A DNA stretch of 64,000 bases, from assembly GCA_950097015.1 (NCBI GenBank), contig CATNEN010000007.1:7626001-7690000 (forward strand). The letters are read 5' to 3'. The position numbers and the translations under genes are program-made. Origin of the DNA: Macrostomum hystrix. Taxonomy: Eukaryota > Animalia > Platyhelminthes. Position 1 is the first letter of the stretch. Every line of letters begins with the position of its first letter. This document shows, piece by piece, positions 49,133-61,569 of the stretch. The notes beneath the pieces are model-generated. The model was not told the DNA's origin, ran no database searches, and saw only the letters and a program-made list of their open reading frames with translations.

Positions 49133-49857
49133 AAATTATTCAGTGAGTTGATCAAAATATAACAAGCCACTGAGTTCCCCCACTAGTAAGGAGGCAAGCA
49201 AAAACTAGCTCGTACAATATGCAAGTTAAACGTCTTCAAAGTGGAGCATTGTGGCGTGGGAAGACAACGCGAGACGGCAGCCGCAGCAGAGCGATCCGTA
49301 CGTAGCCACTGTCAGCAGACTTTTAAAGTGTTGTGTCGATTTATGCAGTTCTTGGTTGCTAAGCGCGCAGAAGAAGCGACAACAGACATAAAATAACTTT
49401 TTTCTCACGATTTAAAAAAAAAATTTTTGACTGAAGCGACGTTTTTCTGTTGCTTTAGAGAACGATAATTTTTTAAGAGAACGTTTGTTATCAGTTCGCA
49501 CAAATGAGTTTTCAAGACTTACACAATTTAACAAAAGAAACTAATTGACTGAGAATGCTAGTTAATTATCGAATGCAGGCAAAATATCGATTTCTAGAGG
49601 GAAATCGCACAAGAGTATTAATTGAAATCGACTGCTGACAAATGAAACTGTTAGAAATTTTCGTTTTTTTCTCGACTCGAACTGCAAGCGATATAAAATG
49701 ATGGCGAAAGAGAAAACTGAGTATTTTTAATCAATGACGGCAGAACCAGGCTTCAACTGAAACAATGCTGGATGAGAATCTAAGCAAAGCGAAGCTGCTC
49801 AAGCAACAACTTAGGGCAAGAACACTCCCACCTGTCCCCTTCTAGTTAGTTTAGGCT

Positions 49858-52800
49858 TCAGTTGACATCGTCGCTACTGATTAGACGGCTGTCCGATGCT
49901 CCGCCGGCTTCGATCTGGACCTTCGTCGCGGTGGCGTCGGTGTTGGCGGCGGTGTTCACCTTGAGCTCCGCCTCTTCGTCGGCCAGCGTCATACCAATGT
50001 CTCGACGGCTGGCACTCCCGCCGCCACCTCCGCCGCCGGCTCCGGGCAGGCTTCGATGCATGCGCTGGCGGGCGATGAGACGGCGGAGGGCGGCCTGCAC
50101 CTGCAGCAGTCAGGAACAGCGACTCGCTTAGTTATTTAGTACGATTGTTGCAAGTATTACTATTGAGTAGTATCTGATGTAAAATCAATCAAATCCAATC
50201 ATGGAATTGTAGCTTTTACTCAATGCTAGAGACTAGAACAGCTTAGACAAAGCAGCACAAGAAACTAACTTGTTTTATCAGGAAATTAGAACAATTACGA
50301 ATTCTATGCTTAAAAGTAAATTTGTACTCGTACAAAAAGGAAAATTATAATATTAGCTCGATTTTAGACCTCAGCTCATGTCTAAGCTTCAGTCAATTTA
50401 AAATTATAAAAACGTTTTTAGCACCGATTCGCGATGATAACTTCCTTCGTACTGTACCATATTAGGGTCTACAAATTCAAATCGGATCAACAACTGCCAG
50501 CACCTCTTTGTCCAGGAAGCAGTACATGAGGGCCAGGAACAGGCCCTGAAAGCTAAGCAGGAAGGACTTCAGCGTGGTGACCACAATGAAGGTGACGGTA
50601 TTGACGGGGTCGGGCACCGTGCAGATCACATTGGTGATGCCCAGCAGCGGCAGCAGCAGGAAGGCAGCGCGCAGTGCTTTCCTGGAAGATAGTAACAGGT
50701 AGACGAAAGATTACAGCTTACCCAAACAGCTTACCCAAACAGCTTACCCAAACAGCTTACCCAAACAGATTACCCAAACAGATTACCCAAAATATTCAAC
50801 CAATCGCCATGAAACTCCAGAGCACGGCTAACATTTTCCGATGAAAAAACTTCCAGAGTCACAAAACATCGGCATCGTCGAGTTATTCAACGATTTTCGT
50901 CGGGGGTGGCTGGTGGCAAGAATTACAAATATTGGCATATATTTTCTGCTCACGAAATTTCATCATGTATTTATGTCGGCTATCATTGTAACTATTTTGG
51001 CTTGAATAAATTTATTTTTTTCATTTTTGAAATAATATGCATTAGCCATAATAATATTTATAATAATAATAACAATTAATAATAATTAAAATTAATAATT
51101 AAAAATAAAAATAATAATCATAATAATTGATTACACCTGCCCCAATCGGGCCAGATGTGCAGCCGACAGCACAGCCGCAGCTATTGCGCGGCGCATCTGA
51201 AGGCTGCGTACAGCTGTTCAGTCCATGGACTGGGGGGACGCCACACCCACCTTCAATTATCCCAGCTGATGCTGGTACCCATATAACAGCTGGGTGAACT
51301 GAAGCAATGCAGAGTTAAGTGTCTTGCTAAAGGAAACAAATTGTTCCAGTGGAGTCGGGAATCGAACCCCCGACCTTCAAGTCGTGAGTCCGACGCCCTA
51401 ACCACTAGGCTACAACCTCTTTTAGCCATAGAAGTTTATATAGAGCAATATTACTGTTCTTGTCACCAGGGTCTTTGAGAAGAATCGCCGAATATCTCGA
51501 TGCTGACGTCGGACGGCTTTGAAAGTTCAGATGGTGGACTTTCACGCAATCGGTCATTCATGGGAGCTGTCGTGAAGTAGGCAGTGGGTATTTGAAATAA
51601 CCCCGTGGTCTACTGTTAAGCGTTGAAAAGTATAAGTACAGTTCAATGCCATGCAGTGGATCTACAACCACCTGCATCGAAAATTCGCACCTCATCTGCT
51701 GGGTCTCATTGGAGCGGTTCTCACGAAGGCGCATCACCAGGACTCGAAGCACGTTCAGCAGGAAGCCAATGTTGATCTGCGGTGGAGGTGGCGAGGCCAG
51801 TCGTTTCGTAATCTCTAATCTCGTATACAATTGAGAAACGCATTGAAACTGAATAAAATTCCTCAAATTTCGTTAGTTCTGGCCTCCAACGAGCTAAAGT
51901 TGGCAACAGCTTGCCCGCAGCTGCCACCGATGATGGCAGAGCCAATTTTTCAAGCCGCTGCATTGCTCGCCCGGGCTTGACTCTGGGCTTGACACGGGTC
52001 TGTGCGATCAGCTGCTTTCGATTCATAAATGGCTATCTAGACTTAGACTATTCTGTATACCCTGCACTGGTCACGCTTCACTGGGTTGTAATTGAGAACA
52101 TGTCAAAAGGATCAGTGCCCTTTGGATGCTCAGAAAAAATAGACTGTTTACTTTCTTGGCATGTTAAAGTGCTGGATTTAGCTTTTTCTTCACCTAACTC
52201 TGAGCTAGCACATTAGAAAAGGCTCAGTTTTTATTCTGGACAAAATCAATCCGGAACAAAATAAATCCACGGAGTTGCTGCGAGTTAGCTCACAGCGAAG
52301 GTTAAAATCCGACAGGCGCTCAGGATCCAGTAGAACGGTGAGAAGAATGCCTCCTTCCAGCATCTGAAAGGAGACGGCATTCGAGCTGACATTTGACAGG
52401 GACTTAAGGCCATAGACTATGCCAACCTGGTGCTGACTCACTCGTTAGGCGCATGCTCCTTGCGCCACAGAATAACACTGGCCCAGGCGATTGTTGGGAC
52501 AACAGGCAGACCTGTATAACAAGTGGCGATCAGTGTGTAGGAAGTGCTGTGCGTGACTTATCAATTCGCTGGGCTTCAAAACTTACCGTATCCCAACAGG
52601 TAGCTGGGCCACATCTCCGTGTTGGTCTGGAACACGGTGACCGCAATTCTATCGTGAATGTTAATCCCTTCAGCGAGCATCCAGGCAAAGATGGAGGTGC
52701 GGCTGGTCTCCCATATGCACTTGAAGAGGATGCACACGTACGGCTATGTTGGAGAGAATTGGCAATCAATTATCTTGATAGTGAAAGTGAGCACTTTTTC

Positions 52801-55436
52801 ATCAAAGTTCCGAGCTCTGGGGTACGAAGTGAGAACGAGCCACGATAAAAGACTATGACCAGCACTCTACGACAAAAGTACAGGACCAGCACTCTACGAC
52901 AAAAGTACAGGACCAGCACTCTACGACAAAAGTACAGGACCAGCACTCTATGATAAAAGTCCATAATCAGCACTCTACGACAAAAGTACACGACCAGCAC
53001 TTTTTGATAAAAGTCCAGCACTTTATATTCCAGCTCTGCTGCATAATGAAATTGCAGCACCTTGTCCTCAAAGTTCAGAGCTCTATGGTAAAAGTTCAGA
53101 ACGATTCATTGCAAAAGTGCAGCATTCTATGTTAGAAGTCCAGTAAGATCTGTAGTAGAAGTATGGCAGTCTATGGTAAAATTGCAGCACTCTATGCTAA
53201 AGTCCAACCACAGGCGGATAGCAGACAAGGCATTTACGAGGCTAGCCGAAGGAATCCTCAAAAACAAACGAAATTTATCCTCTGGCTCCCTAGAGTGCGT
53301 CTGCGCACGATCGTGTCCGGTCTGAGACCGAAGTTCAATTAACACGACTTGTGAAGTGTGGCTTTCCACAATCAACCGAAAATTGGCTTTCCACAATCCC
53401 ATCCGCTAAAATGTTAATAGCCCGTCTGCAGCTCTGCAGCTGCGCGTTCTCAATCGATCAAAAAAATCAACTTAATCTGCCGACCCCTTAGCCCAGACCG
53501 CTGGGAAGTCAGTCTGCCTTGGATTCAAAACCCGAAACCATGCATGCTCTGAAAAGCGGCTCTGAAACCTGCTGAAGCGAGTCCCAAGAGCTTCGCTCCC
53601 AATTCGGGATTTTATTTCGCGTCTGTCGGACGGTCAAGTTCTCAGAGTGATTCGCTACTACATAGAGGCCGATGCATAACCAATTATTCCTCAGAAGTAT
53701 CTTCTTTAAGAATTAAAGTACACATGGTACACCTTGAGCAGTTGCTCACCTGAGCTTTCAAGCTGCGGGCCGCGCTGCTGTCGCCGGCCCGGCTGAGCAG
53801 AATTTCCCGACTAGCCAGCAGCAGGTGCAGCAAAGTCTGGGCCAGCATAGACAGGAACAGGTTGCGGTGGATCTTCGTGCGCTGGTTACGGAGGCCGCTG
53901 CGGGTAGGAAAAAACAATAGAGCGAATAACAATGGTCTGCGATATTTGCCTGTGCGAGACAACTGTCAAAAAATTGATGCATAAAATTATATTAAACTCT
54001 GCGTGCTCAAGCCAACTATTACCTACTGTAATACCTTGCCTTAGTTGCGACTCCAGTTTTACTCCATATTTTAGATAAAGTGCTCAGCTTCAGACATAGA
54101 GAAAGCACTTTCCAATTTTTGGGCAAGTTTTTGTCAAGCTTTTGTCCCGTGATTTGAGCAGACTCATTTGCAAACTTCACTCACACGGTCCCACCCATTG
54201 TCCAAGACTGCCATGTCTGCTTTTAGTAGGGCCAATCACTGCCAACACAGTTATTTGCCTGCAAACCAGCGGATGTAGGACTCCAGCACTTTTAGTGGCA
54301 GCTGCAAGCTTTGTCGCTGATCGATCCCTGCCTAAGTGATGGGAGATTCTTCCCGCCGACCTGGGATGCCTAGTGGAAGCAGCTGGGAGGTGGGCCTGTA
54401 TCCAGTCGCCCCGAGGCCAAAGGGATACGGGGATGAATATGCGGAAAAATCCTGCCGATCGGTGCTCTGAAATTAGTCACGAATTTGTGCTCACCTGCAC
54501 TTGAAGAAGATGAGCACAGCGCAGGCTAGAAACACGCAGGACAGAATGTCGCCGACGATCTCCACAATTTCGTTGACTCGCACGGCCATGTCGATCAGCT
54601 GGATGCGGAAAAGAGCTCACCAATGCACAATTATCATGCTCAAATTAAGTTAAAGATTTTTTGAACCAAATGCGTTCAATGTCTTACAAGGATGTCCAAA
54701 ATCGACTTATTCTTGACGAAGGCGGCTGAGAACTGCGGGATGCAGGCTGAGTAGTTTGAGTACGACTGCAGGGCATTGTCAGCGGGCTGGCCGTCCTGTC
54801 GCAGCCAGCGGCCGGATCCGTGACACACTCGGAAGGCGAACGTGTCAGAGCCTGAGTTGGCGGGTCATGCAACAAATAGTGTATTTTATTCGATACTTTT
54901 ATCTTTTATCATGAGATTTCGGAGGTCCTGCATTGATGAGGCATCATGCAATTATTTACAACTTCAGGCCAGTAGTTTTAGTGACGTCAAAACTTTCAAC
55001 GAATGAAGAATTAGATTTGTGCTTTCGCGCTCTCGAACTCAACCCTGGGCTGGCGTGCCGGAACACCAGAAATCGTTACTCCTGATGCCGCACAGCCCTG
55101 CCGACTAGCTCGACGAGAAGAAAAAATAATTAAAGCCGCATTGCTGACTTGCAAATCGAATGAAATCCCCGGAGCGCTGGCTGGGTCGATAACCCATTGC
55201 GTCGCCTGGGAAATAAATCTTGGAAGGGCTTTTGTTAATAGAACCAGAAAAAATCTTGACCTCCGACAAGGCCTGTACTTTTCATAACAGCCGCTCACCC
55301 TCGTAGCAGGGCAGCCGCACGGTGGAGCCGTTGACCGCGGGCAGCCAGCAGCGGACGCCGTCGAAGAAGGCGGGGCAGTGCAGCGGCGAGGCGTACCATG
55401 AAGGCTTCTGCTGTGGCTGCTTGCTTGCACGGTCGC
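49858..55436 (-). CDS. PDFR: Class B1 (secretin-family) GPCR, PDF-receptor-like; exons 55436-55299, 54851-54688, 54598-54495, 53897-53750, 52743-52587, 52511-52442, 52363-52294, 51776-51691, 50681-50504, 50100-49858; N-terminal exon(s) not resolved
   Basis: ECD CPAFFDGVRCW..LPC..FRVCHGSGRW..YSNYSAC; LRNQRTKIHRNLF; FAWMLAEG..IAVTVFQ; GYGLP; CW; FLLNVLRVLVMRLR..QMRKALRAAFLLLPLLGITN; SFQGLFLALMYCFLDKEV. All nine introns are GT-AG and phase-compatible. Confidence 0.9.
50714..50790. repeat. 13-bp repeat (CAG[C/A]TTACCCAAA) x6
   Basis: Direct reading; abuts the truncated end of the DNA element. Confidence 0.9.
50788..51607 (-). mobile_element. Long copy of the CACGGGGT-terminus non-autonomous DNA element, interrupted by a SINE, in a GPCR intron
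   Basis: Ends GGCAGTGGGTATTTGAAATAACCCCGTG. The left part matches the MITE interior (AATATTCAACCA.TCGCCATGAAA.TCCAGAGCAC..CCGATGAAAAA..CAAAACATCGGCATCG). Confidence 0.8.
51051..51421 (-). mobile_element. tRNA-derived SINE with CORE-like central domain, (TTA)n-type tail and 9-bp TSD TTAGCCATA
   Basis: Minus-strand head GTAGCCTAGTGGTTAGGGCG (A box) ... GGTTCGATTCC (B box). Then TTTCCTTTAGCAAGACACTTAAC..GCTTCAGTTCACCCAGCTGTATATGGG, resembling the MIR CORE. TSD at 51042-51050 and 51422-51430. Confidence 0.88.
52857..53000. repeat. 27-bp intronic repeat (GACCAGCACTCTACGACAAAAGTACAG) x~5, degenerating to ~53200
   Basis: Direct reading. Confidence 0.88.
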
Positions 55437-58400
55437 CTAAAAATACAAAGAAGATTGGCAGCTCACTCTGACAGAGAGAATGTGAGAGAGAACGGGGTGG
55501 ACAATGTTCGCTCGCTGAAGCGGGCTTGTGGCTAACGTTATTAACTTTCTTGTTAAGTTGAACGTAACGGTGGAGTAATGAGCTCAAAAAAACTTTTATT
55601 AAAGTCGGATGACTCGGAAAAAGTTTAAAGGGATCCAATATTGTGCTGCTCTATCGAGATATTTTGTCGGCAGAATTTCAGAACAGAAGATACCTGCGCT
55701 GACAGTTTGTTTCATCGCCTAACTTTTATGACATTTTTCCAAGAAGCCTCGCAACACGTATCAGCATGCAGTGTTTAGAAAAGTTTTTCAGATTTCTTAA
55801 TAATTCATGGACTCCGCATGCATTTCAGCCTTATGGACTCGCTTAGTTGACTTCAAGCCAACTTTTTAGAATTTGACAAAAAACCTTTCTTGTTCCATGC
55901 CGAGCGCTGAAGCAAGTAGTTTCGACATCCCATGGGAAAAGCAGACCTTCTGCCAGGTGGCATCCGTCCTGAACCTCATCAGCGTTGCGAACTGGCCGAC
56001 TAAATGTCAATTATTGATCAGCGGACTCGGTGGATATTTGTACGCATGCAAGAAAGTTGCGTGTTTGTTTGTTGGCTTGTACTGCGTAATTTAAAAAACG
56101 CCGCAATCTACGTCACTTGCAAACATTTTTCTATACATATCGTCTTCGAAAAGCTATTATTGCCTAAGCATACTGACTCAAGCCTAGCCTCACTATACAT
56201 AGCAACTGAAGGCACAAAAAGCCTGGAATCACTTTATGGATCAAGCGCGCTAATCTTCATCTATGACATTTTCACCTGTCTGCGACTAATGCACAGCTAG
56301 GACTGCCACGGCCTGGTAGAGTCGAGTGTGCACCTCGTCAAGATGTACTCAAGCTAGCTCAAGGGAGCTCAATGGACATCCGTCTATTTGCTGAAAGACT
56401 TTAGTTTAGCCGGCAGCACCAAAGCCTGAAGGATTCAAGTGCATTCTGCACTTTCCCATTAACCTGAGCAGAAATCAATGCGAACAGCCTCTTCGCCGTT
56501 CAATCATCTTACAGAGGCCTGGGCAGCTGGACATGACAGGCTTACAAGGAGGCCAGCCTGTCGGCTATCCCTGCCTGCCCGCGTCTGTTTTTATGCGTAT
56601 CGGAGCTCCTTTGCATCCGACATTGTCCGTGGCGGAATTCCGAAATTCATCGACTAAATCCGGCCCACTTTGCCACTGAGGCGGGCGGCAGGTTCGGAAC
56701 CCGACGGATCCGTTGGGAGAAAAATCCACCTCTCGGTTGTTGCTGCTGGAATTTAGTGAGCTTAGAGAGAGAAGAGAGAAGGGGAGATATGGCAAATATT
56801 TACCCGAACCAAAGAAGGCGCACCTGTCAGCCCTGCTGCAGATTGGCATGGGAAAGGATACAGAGGGCCGTCCCAGGTAAGAAGCAAGCCAAGGAGCTTA
56901 GCTTAGTAGCTCTGGCAGCATAGCGAATTGACTGTTAATTTATTAACACGGAAAATGTTTAGTCGCGCAAAGTTTGGCATCGACAGTTTAAGGCTCAGTT
57001 TAGATGCCAGAAATGAGTACGAATTGACAGTGGGTTTACCTAGCTGATTGCCAAGTGCTCTTCTTATTCAGAGAAAGCTAAGCCTGCATGATGATAATTT
57101 CCCGTGCCAATGAATGCGAAAACATGCTGGCTGGCTCACAGAGAGTCCTAACGATGATTGGGATGATGGCTCGCTGCTTGAGGAAATTGGATAAGCAAAA
57201 GCGCCCTGGACAATGCTCGGACTTGATTTGGTCTCCACTCCACCCACCCCCGCCAGACTCATTAAGTCTACGTAGACTACGTAGACTGTTCGAGCTAATC
57301 AAAGACAGAAGCAGAGCGCTAGTACACATAGCACATTGCCAGCTAGACTCGCCAGTATTGAACTATTAGATGTGCAGGAAATTATTCAGAATCGGAAGAT
57401 CCTGGTAAACAACAATCTCGTTGAAGGAATGACCTTCGGGCTGAATACTGAAAACTGTTGAGTTTCCTAAGACCATTGTTAACGAATTGTACTGAAATTT
57501 CAAGATAAAAAATGTTTTTTTAATTAGCGTCACATATTTTTTGACGCCAGAAAATTAGGTCGAGAATGTAAAAAAAACAAAGTTTATCGGTCTGAGCAGA
57601 GTAAAGATTATAGGGAGGCTCAACATGCTGAGCTAGCAAAGTGAAGTGGCGCCACAGGACGCGCTGCCACTCTGCCTGAGTGCCTCCGGTCCGGAAGCTT
57701 TCAAGTGCGAAAAATCTCAAAAGCTGATGCATTTTTTGTTAAAAATCGACAAGCAGCAGCCTTTCAGATGTGCTAATACATCATTGGCTAAAATGTGTTC
57801 TGCATAAACTTTAAACTCAGCTGACAGAATGTGAGCAACTGGATTAGAAAATTGCTCACTTTCGCTCCGTTGTTCGGCCAGGTTCGCGCACTTCGCTGCC
57901 TCCATTGAACTGCTTGACTTGTATAGTTTCAGTTTCAGTGGCGAGTCGTTCCTTCCCACAACTGTGCTGGCCGGACCATCTGTCCAAGTTATTTGGCAAG
58001 GCGTTGCAAGAGCTCTTTTGCCACGCATTTTATCTCCGAGCCGCGAGCCTCCGTTTGCTCCGAGCTCAGCGATGATTGGATGTCGCCAATCCCCGCAGCC
58101 ATCTGCCCCGCTCAGGGCCATTATCAGACACCAGCTGCCCAGACAATGCGCTTCAGCGATAGCCTGCGTCAAACTATTTCTTATTTATTGTGCCTTATTA
58201 AAAAACATCATGCAGTTAGTATTTGCCTTATAAATCGAATTTCATGATTTCATCAGGGTTTCATCTCGCAAATGATGAAAATGCCGTTTTAAGATTTTGA
58301 TCTGCTCAATAAGAAAAATGTAAATAGATTTTAAAAAAAGAAAAAGTAGTCATGTTCTATTGTTTGTTGGATTTCGATCCGTTTCTTTTCGGGTAGCTGA

Positions 58401-61400
58401 AAATAAGAAATATTTAATTTAGACAGATTACACACTTATTTCGTCAACTACTTATTTCGAATCGTGTACAGAAAAAATTATATTGAATAACTCTGGAGCT
58501 TTGCTGATTTTTGGCAAGGTTGATTTGACAATCGCAGCATGCATATACGAGCGTAACTGTGATAATGAAATTACGTCAGCTGCTACGTGCTGAATAAAAG
58601 AATAGACCGAAACTTGCTCAAATAACTCGGGAGCTCCATAATCCCTACTTCCTGAATATTAATCTATATTCAGATTTCGGCTACTTTTAGAGCGGCGCAA
58701 CTGATGAAGCACAGTGATGGATTACTTATGTAAATAAGATTGCCTAATTCCATAAGCATATATCTATTGTGCACACAGCGAGCAGAGCCGGCAGAGACAG
58801 AAATTGGAAAATGGAGTTACAGCAGAGAGTAAAATTTATGAGTACAATCGACATAGGGAGCTCAAAATGCTTGCTAACCGCCGAAAATTGAAGTGAATTA
58901 ATTTATTTTGCTTGATTTCAAGGGAAATATTGTACATGTATGTAGTGGATCATACAGCGATATCACAATTGTCTAAAGACTTGACTATGCCTTGAAAGTT
59001 CACACCCAAAAGCTGCAGTTATTGACATTGGGCACGTACTGTAAGTGTAAAGCTTGCCTATCCCTAAGTTCAAACTTAAGGCCCGTTATTTACAATGATG
59101 AGATAGGAGCTACAGCTATCATCAAACGTATCTTACGAACGCTTTAGTTCGACCCCATTGTCTAGATTTGCCACATTTCGCATGAATTCAGTGCAACATG
59201 TGCAGACGCTGAATAAAATAACACGCTCAATGCCTTCATGAACCTCTATGATTTCTCTTTATTATCTTCTCTATTTTTATCCATAGAAAATACTCTTTTT
59301 GTGCTTTTTAGCGAAGGCACTTGTAAGTATTATTCCGGGTTGAATGGTTCGTTAGATAATTTTATTGGAAATACAAGTACTGGTTTTTTCTGAGAATGAT
59401 GTCATTTGTTTTACGTACACGTGGTGCGCACTGTGCTTTTAATGAAACATTTCTTTATTGCTTTTGCGACTCAAGATTGCGACATAAATTTTCCTAATTT
59501 TGTTTCGTTCTTGCTTAAAGCAGATTATACTTATTCATATTTTCTTATTTTACAACGTATAACATTTATAGACCTGTTATACTCCGGTGGCTATACTCCT
59601 TATTTATACTATAGCAAGGCCTAGGCCTATACTATAGCCTAAGCTTAGCCTTATCTCTCAAATATGTTTTGCGAGATAAGTTTACGAAGTAAGCCCAGGC
59701 CTATAGATATCATAATCATGGCTAGCCTATGCTAGTTAATCAATGCGATTTATTTTTATTGACCTTGTGTTATTTTTTTAGTTTTTATGCTCATAAAGTG
59801 GTTATAACCAAGTGGTTAGGCCTATGGCTCATGTCAGACTATAATTATCTTTAAGGTCAGACTTTTTGTTCTTGACTCAACTGTGACAGGAGCAATTATG
59901 TCATTTTGTCTCTTTTAGCAATGCACTTAACTTAACTCTGCCACACAATAGCCAGCTGCAGCTGTGCTGTCAGGTGCACATAAGGCCCGATTTAGGAGTA
60001 TGTTGATAAGTTGAATACTTTTAAGCCTACAAAATACCAAATTATTGTATTCATGATATAATACCAATAGGCCAAGCCAATCAAGCTTATTTTTTCTTAG
60101 AAATAGAAATTATATCTAGTATGGCTAGTATTCACTATGTTAGTAGTATATATATTTAAGTGGTAGCCTATAAAGCCATGTTTGTCTGAATGAATGTCTT
60201 GGTAGTAAATTTAAAGTTTGTTTCATTTAGGAATTTATATATTCCTAACCCTAACTAGATTTTGTTAGAGTGTAATACTTGAAATTTTGTTTTGATTTTT
60301 TAGTTTATGTTGTCAGTAGGCCTAAGCCACTTGCAGCCATTTATTTTTGAAAATATCCAAAGTGAATAAATTCGTAAACACTGAAAAACTAGTTAAAGCA
60401 GACATTATAACCTTCGCAAAAATTAAAAAAAGTTACTGTAAGTAACAAGTTTTAGAAAATTTCTATTTTGGAAATTTAATTAGGTCTAATTTTTCATTTT
60501 CAGAAATGTGGGTGAATAATGATTTTGATTTAGACTTTTAGATAAAAAACTGCCTTTCAAATATCTATATAATTTAGCTTTTCACAGTAAGGCCTTTATA
60601 CATATGCATTTATCTGTAAGTCAAAGGCTTTATCATTAAACATGAGTAAAACAAATGATAATTGATAAATTAAAACATTAACTAAGGTTGGAGAAAAAAT
60701 GTTAATCATGTATTTTTATAACTGTTTCTATGAGTTCCCACAAATTTTCCTGAATTAGGTATAAATTAGCTATTATAACATACATGTACAACCTCCCAAA
60801 TCTTAGCCAGCCGTGCAACTTAGTTTGCTCTATTTTTCTCTCCCCATTTTCCCCTTCTTCATGCCTTCCTTTTTTGTCCCATGGTCCCCCCTTTGATTTT
60901 TTGTGCTTGGTTGATTGGTTTTTGCGACTTACCTTGCTTGGCCCTCGTTTCACCCGGCCGGTTTGGCCATGTTGGCTGGGTGTTGCGCATGTATGTATTA
61001 TAACAGACCAAAGCAAAAGCCAATTATAACAATTAGGCTAGCTAGAGTAAAAATATATATATATATATTTATCTATTATTTATATTTACAACAACATATA
61101 TATATGTTGCCATGCATTGTCTTAAAAATGGATTGCCTCTGTTTATTTTGGCAGTTACCATATAGAGCTTGTTATGATTTTCAAAATTTTACATTTTTTG
61201 CCTAGGAATTAAAGCTCTATTTAAAAAAAGTTTTTTAAATTTATTAATCAATACAATTTTTTTATTACACAAATATACACATTTTATTCTGCATATGAAA
61301 TAACATTGCAATGGAACAACAAATTTGTTAGGATCAGACTGATAGGAATTCCCAGTTTCTGGTTAGCTGTGGAGAACTCAGAATTAGCATTGCAAAATCG

Positions 61401-61569
61401 CAAATAAAATCTGACATACTGAACTTTACAAGACTAAAAAGCAATTCCAAATTAGAATTCAGTTTTTATGCATATGTTAAAATATATCTACTCGTATTTT
61501 ATGTATAGCAAGCTCAAATGTGTCACCACATAGCATTCTGAAAGATTCCATGATCTACTGTACTTGCAG

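Noticed and set aside
51349-51421. tRNA-Val(CAC)-like gene
   Set aside because: Acceptor and anticodon stems are imperfect, and the sequence continues into a CORE-like body, tail and TSD; it is a SINE head.
52205-52441. ORF containing FQMLEGG, resembling GPCR TM3
   Set aside because: The true TM3 (FAWMLAEG) is in exon 52743-52587; this segment is read in another frame as ECL2/TM5.
55880-56930. Candidate N-terminal or signal-peptide exons of the GPCR
   Set aside because: Several acceptor/donor pairs exist, but none gives a convincing phase-1 exon with a signal peptide.
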